In this document: in pieces, positions 17,850 through 24,191 of the stretch | Layout: every line of letters begins with the position of its first letter | Position numbering within the stretch: position 1 is the stretch's first letter | Assembly (NCBI GenBank): GCA_018830205.1 | Contig: JAHJSX010000120.1 | Location: forward strand, 1-24,191 | Direction: 5' to 3' | From: an archaeon | GTDB taxonomy: Archaea > Hydrothermarchaeota > Hydrothermarchaeia > Hydrothermarchaeales > Hydrothermarchaeaceae | Length of the DNA: 24,191 nt | Notes under the pieces: model-generated | What the model saw: the letters and a program-made list of their open reading frames with translations, nothing else | Database searches by the model: none | What the model was told of the DNA's origin: nothing | Translations under genes and position numbers: made by a program

Positions 17850-18389
17850 TTACTTTGCGGCCTTTTTAGCTGGCTTCTTCTTTGGGGCCGCTTTCTTTTT
17901 TGCTGGTGCTTTTTTAGCTGCAGGTTTTGCCGGCGTTTTCTTTGGGGCTGATTTTTTGGCAGGTGTTTTCTTGGCCGCTGGCTTTTTTGCCGGGGCCTTC
18001 TTGGGTGCTGCTTTCTTCTTCACTGGTGCCTTTTTAGCGGGCGCTTTTTTGGCCGGTGCCTCCTTCTTGGGTGCTGGTTTTTTCTTTGCGGGTGCTTTTG
18101 GCTTCCCTACTTTCTTTGCTGGCTTTTTAGCCTTTGGCGGCGCCGGTGCTATGAATTCAAGCGAGTCCCCAACAGCATTCCCAGGAATGCCTTTTCTGAA
18201 TCTGGCCATGAGTGAATGCTTGCCATGAGTGCGTACGATTTTTCCCTGTATTACCTTGCCAGAAGCAGTCTTCCAGAAGACTTTCTTGCCTACCATGCCC
18301 GCTGGGTTTTTGTCGTCTGTATCTAGAATGCAGCTCCTATTGTCCTGGGTTCTCCTTGACCCTTTGAATCCGATGATTTTGGCTTTCAT
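17850..18389 (-). CDS. rpl35ae: 50S ribosomal protein L35Ae (eL33) with a 99-aa Lys/Ala/Pro-rich tail
   Basis: aa 1-80: MKAKIIGFKGSRRTQ, VGKKVFWK, GKVIQGKIVRTHG, ARFRKGIPGNAVG. SD AGGAG at 18400-18396. Confidence 0.9.
   Translation of the reverse strand: MKAKIIGFKGSRRTQDNRSCILDTDDKNPAGMVGKKVFWKTASGKVIQGKIVRTHGKHSLMARFRKGIPGNAVGDSLEFIAPAPPKAKKPAKKVGKPKAPAKKKPAPKKEAPAKKAPAKKAPVKKKAAPKKAPAKKPAAKKTPAKKSAPKKTPAKPAAKKAPAKKKAAPKKKPAKKAAK
17853..18149 (-). repeat. Degenerate PAKK/AAKK pentapeptide-like coding repeat
   Basis: Counted by hand: 8 exact PAKK and 41 Lys in 99 aa. Codons vary between units. Confidence 0.9.
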
Positions 18390-18427
18390 GATTTATCTCC
18401 TGCGTCCCTTTAGCTACTCTTGAAGCA

Positions 18428-18443
18428 CTAATAAACTTTTCGC
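18428..18443 (-). promoter_or_regulatory. BRE-TATA promoter of rpl35ae (GCGAAAAG-TTTATTAG)
   Basis: BRE-like CGAAAA immediately followed by a TATA-like element, about 40 nt upstream of the ATG. Confidence 0.6.
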
Positions 18444-18473
18444 ATGTTGCATGTCAATAGTTGTTGGAATTTT

Positions 18474-18701
18474 CTATTTTTCTAATTCTTTTACTATTTT
18501 GATTAGTTGTAAAATAATGTCAGACTGTTCGTTCAGCTTTTTCCTTAAAAATGTGGTCTCCGATTTAAGATGACTCATCTCTTTTTCAACGGTTTCAGTC
18601 TTCTTAAGAAGAAGGTTATAATCTTTATCGTCTTTCACCACTGTTATTCTCTCACAGTTAATAATAGTTATATCTCCCAATATAAACAGTTCTAGCGTCA
18701 A
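18474..18701 (-). CDS. Small hypothetical coiled-coil protein (AT-rich)
   Basis: Only sizeable ORF in the gap, with heptad pattern LLKKTETVEKEMSHLKSETTFLRKKL. Start uncertain (TTG 18701 or GTG 18641/18638). Confidence 0.5.
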   Translation of the reverse strand: MTLELFILGDITIINCERITVVKDDKDYNLLLKKTETVEKEMSHLKSETTFLRKKLNEQSDIILQLIKIVKELEK

Positions 18702-18757
18702 TCATTAATATAATTCTTTCAGTTTAAAAGCAAGAGGAGTCTAAGCAGCGCATAAAT

Positions 18758-18994
18758 TTACTTGATTTTTAATATCTTCTTTACCGCTTCCAGATTATAT
18801 CCTGCAATTATGGTGCCGTCTATATCAAGAACAGGGGTGCTGAGCTGGCCCGACTTCTCAAGCATCTCATGTGCAGCTTCGTGGTCTTCTGCAACGTTGA
18901 TGTCTTCATACTCAATGCCCTCTTCTTTGAAAAACTCCTTGTACTTTTTGCAATAAATACACTGAGGGGTTGAATAAATCTTTATTTTTGCCAT
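18758..18994 (-). CDS. NrdH/YruB-like glutaredoxin-family redoxin
   Basis: IYSTPQCIYC (CxxC), SGQLSTPV, IIAGYN. SD GGAGTGA at 19007-19001. Confidence 0.92.
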   Translation of the reverse strand: MAKIKIYSTPQCIYCKKYKEFFKEEGIEYEDINVAEDHEAAHEMLEKSGQLSTPVLDIDGTIIAGYNLEAVKKILKIK

Positions 18995-19012
18995 CTTTTG
19001 TCACTCCATGGT

Positions 19013-19960
19013 TTACGGTTTTTCTTCTCCCCTTGGACATACGTATTCCGGGTCGTTAACGTATGCGTAGGCCCAGTACGAAGCAGTGACCGCCTCACCT
19101 GCGCCCGTTATCGCCTGCTTGAATTTTGTGTCTGTTACGTCGCCACATGCAAAGACCCCTTTAATGTTTGTTGATGCGGTCCTGTCGATGATTATCTCTT
19201 TCTTTTTGTTGAGTTTGACGCCGATGCCCTCTGCCAGCTCAGAAAGTGGGATAATCCCTATCGCAACAAAAGCGGCGTGCACCTTGAATTCCTTTGTTCT
19301 TTTGTTTTTACCTTCGATTACAAGTGTGTCTAAAAGCAGGTCTCCTTTCATCTCGACGATGTTGGTGTTTGTGTGTACTGTGATTTTTTTGTTTTTCGTG
19401 AGCCGTTCGTTGTTAATTTTCTCCCCCAACAACTTCTCTCCCCGTACTAACATGTGCACCTCGCTTGCAAACTCCGAGAGAAAAAGCGCCTCTTTTGCTG
19501 CCGAGTCCGAGCCCCCTATCACGGCCACCTTCTTCCCCCTGTAAATCGGGCCGTCGCAAAGGGCGCAATAGTGCACTCCTTTGTTTTCAAACTTATCTGC
19601 GTTTTTTGCAGGGTGTTTCTTGTGTTTTGCGCCGGTTGCAAATATAACAGTCTTGCTTTCGAATGTTTTACTCCCTGATGAGACCGTGAAGCAGCCTTTT
19701 TTCCCTCCTATCTTTACTTTTTTAATGAGCGAAGTTTCTATGTCGATGTCGTATTCCTTTGCATGTTCAACGACGCTCATTGCAAGCTCTTCCCCTGAAA
19801 TTTTCTTTATGCCCGGCCAGTTCTCAACGATGTTGGTCGTTGTTATAACGCCTCCAATAAGCCCTGCTTCGACTATAAGGGTTTTAAGGCCAAGCCTGCC
19901 GGCGTACATTGCGGCAGTGAACCCGCTAATCCCGCCCCCAATTATTATTACATCGTGCAT
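19013..19960 (-). CDS. trxB: Thioredoxin-disulfide reductase family flavoprotein
   Basis: GGGISG, ENWPG, ATGA, GVHYCALCDG (CxxC), GGSDSA, GVFACGD, QAITGAGEA. Confidence 0.9.
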   Translation of the reverse strand: MHDVIIIGGGISGFTAAMYAGRLGLKTLIVEAGLIGGVITTTNIVENWPGIKKISGEELAMSVVEHAKEYDIDIETSLIKKVKIGGKKGCFTVSSGSKTFESKTVIFATGAKHKKHPAKNADKFENKGVHYCALCDGPIYRGKKVAVIGGSDSAAKEALFLSEFASEVHMLVRGEKLLGEKINNERLTKNKKITVHTNTNIVEMKGDLLLDTLVIEGKNKRTKEFKVHAAFVAIGIIPLSELAEGIGVKLNKKKEIIIDRTASTNIKGVFACGDVTDTKFKQAITGAGEAVTASYWAYAYVNDPEYVCPRGEEKP

Positions 19961-20113
19961 TTAACCTCTCCTTGTTTCTTGTTGGCCATCCAATGACTTA
20001 AATTTTTTTCTAATCGCCAGTGAAATGAGGGGATAAATATAAGTTTAGATTTCAAAAAACATAACTCTGATAAGGACTGACAGGCAAAGGAACTACATGA
20101 AGAGGAAAAAAAG

Positions 20114-21088
20114 ATGAAACAAAGCACTGCAAAGCCCTTGACGATAGGAGTGGACCTTGGCGGGACCAAGGTTAGCATGGCCCTGGTTGATGCTAACGGT
20201 CAAATTTTATCTGATAACCGCTACCAAACAAATCCTGATAAAGGCTCCGAGGCTATCGTCGCTGACCTTATAGACGCGGTGAATAAATTTCAGGAGCAAT
20301 CCGGGCAGGGAGCTGCAGCTTTAGGAATTGGTGTTGCAGGGCAAATTGACCTGGCAGGTATTGTGAAATCCTCACCCAACCTCCCATTTCATGACGAACC
20401 GCTGCAGGTGAGGCTTGAAGAAGAACTTGGGGTGCCGGTGCTGGTTACGAACGATGTCAACGCTGTAACATATGGTGAGTGGCGTTATGGTGCGGGAAAG
20501 GGTATGGATGATATAGTCGTTGTTTTCGTGGGGACAGGGATAGGTGGCGGAGTGATAAGCGCAGGACGGTTAATTGAAGGGTGTAACAACACTGCTGGAG
20601 AATTGGGTCATGTCACGATAGTATTTGAAGGCCGAAAATGCCGATGCCCGAACGTTGGATGTCTGGAGGCCTATGCAGGCGGATGGGCAATAGCCGAGAG
20701 GGCAAAAGAAGCGGTTTCAAAAAGTCCAAGCGAAGGTGAAAGGTTGATTTCTTTTTCTGGGGGGATTGAAAAAATAACTGCGGCTACCGTATGTCGTGCT
20801 TATGAGGCGCAAGACCCGCTTTCCAGGAGACTTGTAGAAGAAACAGGCCAATACCTTGCTGCAGGAATGGTGGGAATCGTAAACGCCTTTAATCCATGCC
20901 TCCTGATTCTCGGCGGGGGTGTTGTTGAAGGCATTCCAGAACTTGTGCAAATTGTTGAAGGTGTTGTACAAAAGCATGCTCTAAAGCCCGCCGTAGAAAA
21001 CTTAAAGATAGTAAAAGCCGGTCTCGGTGCAAAAGCAGGGGTCATCGGCGCAGCGGCCTTGGCCCGAGATAAAATTGCAAAAGGATAG
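20114..21088 (+). CDS. glk: ROK-family sugar kinase (probable glucokinase)
   Basis: DLGGT, NDVNA, GTGIGGG, GELGH, CRCPNVGCLEAYA. Confidence 0.9.
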   Translation: MKQSTAKPLTIGVDLGGTKVSMALVDANGQILSDNRYQTNPDKGSEAIVADLIDAVNKFQEQSGQGAAALGIGVAGQIDLAGIVKSSPNLPFHDEPLQVRLEEELGVPVLVTNDVNAVTYGEWRYGAGKGMDDIVVVFVGTGIGGGVISAGRLIEGCNNTAGELGHVTIVFEGRKCRCPNVGCLEAYAGGWAIAERAKEAVSKSPSEGERLISFSGGIEKITAATVCRAYEAQDPLSRRLVEETGQYLAAGMVGIVNAFNPCLLILGGGVVEGIPELVQIVEGVVQKHALKPAVENLKIVKAGLGAKAGVIGAAALARDKIAKG

Positions 21089-21095
21089 GGAGAAC

Positions 21096-22751
21096 ATGTC
21101 AAAAGACTGCCCGCACCAGATTCTCAAAATAGGAGACTTTCAAAATTTTGTAGACGCGCGGTTGAAATCCTGGGAGGAAATGGGATTTAATCGAAGGCTA
21201 TGGGAAAAGGACCCAACTCTCTGGTTTAGCGGGCCGGTGCTTGGTGTCGCTGACCGTTTGGGGTGGCTTGCTCTTCCTGAGAGCATGCAAGAGCAGATTG
21301 AAACTATTGTCTCATTTGCAAATGAAGTGAAAAACGAGGGGGTGCAACACATCGTCCTCCTTGGGATGGGTGGTTCAAGTCTGGCTGCCGGGGTTTTTCA
21401 GAGCATTTTTGGCAGCGGCCCGGGGTATCCAGAGCTCATAGTTCTCGACAGCACACATCCTGATGCAGTTCGCGCGGTTGAAACAAAAATAGACCTGCGC
21501 CGCTCCCTCTTTATAGTTGCAAGCAAGTCTGGAACCACCCCTGAGCCGCTTGCCTTTTTTAAATATTTCTGGAAAAAAATGGAGGAAACGGTTGATGTGC
21601 CGGGGCGTCACTTTATTGCTATTACCGACCCTGGCACCTCGCTTGTGCAGCTTGCAGAAGAGAAGGGCTTTCGCCAGATATTTCTGGCGCCGCCGGATTT
21701 GGGGGGTAGGTACTCGGCCTTAACGGTCTTCGGGCTTGTGCCTGCAGCACTTATAGGTGTAGATATTCACAGGCTCCTTGGTCGGGCGCATGATGCTGCA
21801 AAAGGTGGTGGTGCTTCAGAGCAAGAAGTGCCGGGGCTTGCGCTTGGCGCGGCGCTTGGGGAACTTGCTATAAGGGGCAAAAATAAAGTGACCTTCATGG
21901 CTCCACCCTCGCTCAAAAGATTTCAGGAGTGGCTGGAGCAGCTTATCGCAGAGAGTACCGGAAAAGATGGCAAAGGTATAGTGCCCGTTGTAAATGAGCC
22001 GCTTGCAGGTCCAGATGCCTATGGCAAAGACAGATTTTTTGTTTATTTTAATGTTGCAGATGAAAGGAGTGAGAAAATAAAAAATAGGGTTATGGAGCTG
22101 GAGGCCGCGGGCCATCCGGTAGTGCATATCAATCTAAACGACAAATATGACATTGGCTTTGAGATTTTTAAATGGGAGATAGCAACGGCATCAGCAGGGT
22201 CGATTCTTGGCATTCATCCCTTCAACCAGCCGGACGTCGAATCGTCGAAAGAGCTTGCACGAAGAGCCATGACAGGTGAGGTAAGGACAGAAATAACAGA
22301 GGCCGTATCAGTAAAGGACCCAGATGAGTTGGCCAATGCCCTGAACGATTGGCTGGAACTGGCTAAAGAAGGCGGCTACATAGTTATTCAATCTTATTTG
22401 CAGCCAACTGAAGAAACAACGAAACTGCTCCAGAAAATCCGTAAAGAACTCTTGAATCGCATGGGACTGGCAACGACTGTTGGTTACGGGCCGCGTTTTT
22501 TGCATTCAACGGGCCAGCTTCATAAAGGCGGCCCGGTAAGCGGCCTCTTCTTGCAAATCATAGACACCCCGGCGGAAGATTTACCTGTTCCGGGAGCTGA
22601 CTACACGTTTGGTGAAATAATTGGCGCACAGGCAATCGGAGACTACCTTGCCCTCAAAAAACGCGGGAGAAGTGTGCTCAGGGTTGACTTGAAAAAAGAT
22701 GTCGCCCGCGGGCTTTCCGAGGCGTCCCGGTTATTAAGTGCAAAACAATAA
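21096..22751 (+). CDS. pgi: Glucose-6-phosphate isomerase, bacterial type resembling the Pgi half of Tal-Pgi fusions
   Basis: LGMGGSSL, ASKSGTT, AITDPG, GGRYSAL, EQLIAESTGK, PFNQPDVE, GYGPRFLHSTGQLHKGG. ATG 21096 follows GGGAG, 7 nt after the glk stop. Confidence 0.9.
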   Translation: MSKDCPHQILKIGDFQNFVDARLKSWEEMGFNRRLWEKDPTLWFSGPVLGVADRLGWLALPESMQEQIETIVSFANEVKNEGVQHIVLLGMGGSSLAAGVFQSIFGSGPGYPELIVLDSTHPDAVRAVETKIDLRRSLFIVASKSGTTPEPLAFFKYFWKKMEETVDVPGRHFIAITDPGTSLVQLAEEKGFRQIFLAPPDLGGRYSALTVFGLVPAALIGVDIHRLLGRAHDAAKGGGASEQEVPGLALGAALGELAIRGKNKVTFMAPPSLKRFQEWLEQLIAESTGKDGKGIVPVVNEPLAGPDAYGKDRFFVYFNVADERSEKIKNRVMELEAAGHPVVHINLNDKYDIGFEIFKWEIATASAGSILGIHPFNQPDVESSKELARRAMTGEVRTEITEAVSVKDPDELANALNDWLELAKEGGYIVIQSYLQPTEETTKLLQKIRKELLNRMGLATTVGYGPRFLHSTGQLHKGGPVSGLFLQIIDTPAEDLPVPGADYTFGEIIGAQAIGDYLALKKRGRSVLRVDLKKDVARGLSEASRLLSAKQ

Positions 22752-22805
22752 ACAGCGAGAATATAAATATAATAAAAGACACATGAACATTAGAGGGAAA
22801 GCGAT

Positions 22806-23186
22806 ATGGTTAAAGTAAAAGACATGATGAAAACAGATATCGTCTCCGTGCAGGACAGCGCGCCGGCCATGGAAGCCGCAGTCGTTATGATGGAAAATAG
22901 GGTCAGCAGCGTTGTTGTTAAAAATGGAGAGGAGACTATTGGAATAATCACTGACAAGGATTTCGTTCATCTTGCTTCACTTGGGGGAAATCCAAGAGGG
23001 GTGACCAGCCATATGAGTACAGACCTTGTGACAATAGCACCGGGGGCAGACCTCAAGGAAGCCTTGGATTTGATGAAAGAAAAAGATGTGAGGCATCTTC
23101 TAGTCAAGGAAGAAGGGAAGATAATAGGCATCCTCTCCACAAAGGACATCAATCACAGCCTTGCAAGTATTCTGGCAAGTATTTAA
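22806..23186 (+). CDS. Tandem CBS-domain protein
   Basis: VKDMM, GIITDKD, VRHLLV, GILSTKDI. TATA-like ATAAATATAA at about 22764-22773. Confidence 0.9.
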   Translation: MVKVKDMMKTDIVSVQDSAPAMEAAVVMMENRVSSVVVKNGEETIGIITDKDFVHLASLGGNPRGVTSHMSTDLVTIAPGADLKEALDLMKEKDVRHLLVKEEGKIIGILSTKDINHSLASILASI

Positions 23187-23225
23187 TAACCTGAGCGGAA
23201 TTATTCAATTTTAGGAGATTATAAA

Positions 23226-23558
23226 GTGATAGTTTTTCCTATATTTACTGAAAAATTACATTTTGTAATGATGGGGTATGCGCTATTATTATCAATTATT
23301 TCTTATTTATTTTTAAGAAGATATAACTTATTACCCTTCAGTAAAAAGCATTTTTTAATTATTTGGGCTTTTATTGTTGTTTTTATTTTTTTAGCTACTT
23401 TCCTTACCAACAACCTATTACCAACGGGTTTATTCAGAGAGACCAACAATTTTACAAATTTTGTTTATATCTCCTATGGGGGTTTTGGTTTATATGTCAA
23501 GAGTTTTTTAGCATCGTTTCTTACCTTGTCCACCTTCTACTGGATAAGATATAGTTAA
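23226..23558 (+). CDS. Hypothetical membrane protein (3 hydrophobic segments, very AT-rich)
   Basis: GTG start with AGGAG at 23214-23218. No family recognised, and hydrophobicity partly reflects low GC. Confidence 0.55.
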   Translation: MIVFPIFTEKLHFVMMGYALLLSIISYLFLRRYNLLPFSKKHFLIIWAFIVVFIFLATFLTNNLLPTGLFRETNNFTNFVYISYGGFGLYVKSFLASFLTLSTFYWIRYS

Positions 23559-23786
23559 AAATGGTGACCCTTTGATTTGGGATTTTACGTTAATACTGCT
23601 ATTTTATGCAATATTGGTAGACGTGATAGTGGATATTAATGGTTTATTGTTATTACTGGATTCGATGAACTCACTTAATCCGCCATTGCAATAGTAATCA
23701 CCCAGATGTTTCTCGGGTCATGACCCGCCGATATGTTTACAGACGTTATGCTTGGCGTTAGAAACATAAAATCAGGGGGATATTAT

Positions 23787-24041
23787 TTGGAGTTCTGTTC
23801 TTCTTGCAAGGGCCTGATGGTCCCAAAAAACAGCAAAAAAGGCATTACATTAGTCTGCGGCAAGTGTGGACACGAGCTTAAGAAGTTCACAGCCACAAAG
23901 TACAAAATTAAAGAGAGCGTCGACCGGAAACGTAGAGATATTGCCATAATTGAAGAAGAAAAGAAAAAGACTACCCCTGATGAGAGGAGATACGTCAATG
24001 ACCTTTACGGGACTGAGACGTACATCGGTTCTGAAGAATAG
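23787..24041 (+). CDS. TFS/RpoM-like protein with N-terminal zinc ribbon and linker only
   Basis: TTG start behind AGGGGG (23774-23779) gives MEFCSSCKGLMVPK...LVCGKCGHE, the classic TFS N-terminus. No C-terminal TFIIS ribbon. Confidence 0.8.
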   Translation: MEFCSSCKGLMVPKNSKKGITLVCGKCGHELKKFTATKYKIKESVDRKRRDIAIIEEEKKKTTPDERRYVNDLYGTETYIGSEE

Positions 24042-24191
24042 CCCCATCGCTAGCAGAGCCGACTGACTCTCGGTATTTTGATAGTATGCTTGTTGGTTCT
24101 GTGTCTTTTTTCATGTCTTCTGCTTCCCTTTTGTTCAATTCGTCATTAGATACTGCAATGTCGAGCTTTCTTTGCGGGATGTCTATCTCTA
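23995..24191 (-). CDS. ilvD: Dihydroxy-acid dehydratase, C-terminal fragment (gene continues beyond the window)
   Basis: Manual translation from 24189: EIDIPQRKLDIAVSNDELNKRE...SILSKYRESVGSASDGAIL...GH-stop (TGA at 23997-23995), matching the IlvD C-terminal pattern IDIPxRxL...L.KY...V.SAS.GA. Confidence 0.85.
   Translation of the reverse strand, partial: EIDIPQRKLDIAVSNDELNKREAEDMKKDTEPTSILSKYRESVGSASDGAILQNRCTSQSRKGH

Noticed and set aside
17956-18228. 90-aa plus-strand Phe/Ala/Gly repetitive ORF
   Set aside because: Mirror image of the PAKK tail.
23733-23786. 18-aa N-terminal extension of the TFS-like ORF
   Set aside because: TTG 23787 has an SD and gives the canonical MEFC start.
23960-24110. 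Frameshifted or readthrough TFS C-terminal ribbon
   Set aside because: No QTRxxDE-type ribbon in the plus frames. A chance CWFC lies after stop codons and is antisense to ilvD.
1-24191. CRISPR array, tRNA/rRNA, IS element, integrase, Sec/Pyl readthrough
   Set aside because: By eye I found no spaced repeats, RNA gene signatures, transposase or integrase motifs, or homology continuing past stop codons. A tRNAscan/Infernal run would be the formal check.

Overview
Archaeal chromosomal window, gene-dense and mostly housekeeping. Archaeal evidence: A-type ATPase, eL33/L35Ae, DTD2-type dtdA, TFS-like gene, BRE/TATA promoters. The mix of cofC, a CxxxY-type ccmE and eL33 would fit a euryarchaeal lineage such as Hydrothermarchaeota, but that is inference only. 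Gene order: ccmE, DUF362 Fe-S protein, PAS-PAS-GAF histidine kinase plus stand-alone receiver, NDP-sugar pyrophosphorylase, htrA, cofC, beta-CASP nuclease plus extended dtdA, a stand-alone atpF-A-B-D operon, feoB with two DtxR-family genes, creatininase-family gene, rpl35ae, small ORFan, NrdH-like redoxin plus trxB, bacterial-type glk-pgi, CBS protein, AT-rich membrane ORFan, truncated TFS paralogue, and the 3' end of ilvD (missed by the ORF track). I found no rRNA, tRNA, CRISPR array, intein or mobile element. Most notable observations: (1) ribosomal protein eL33 fused to a 99-aa histone-H1-like PAKK tail; (2) an iron-uptake module of feoB, a DtxR-FeoA protein with an eroded HTH and an intact DtxR, under two tandem TTAGG-N4-CCTAA operators directly behind the TATA box; (3) DtdA carrying an RNase Z-like tRNA-binding arm, next to a beta-CASP nuclease; (4) a TFS paralogue lacking the catalytic C-terminal zinc ribbon; (5) a Cys/His-rich GAF domain in the kinase. 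No database searches were run; family calls rest on recognised motifs.
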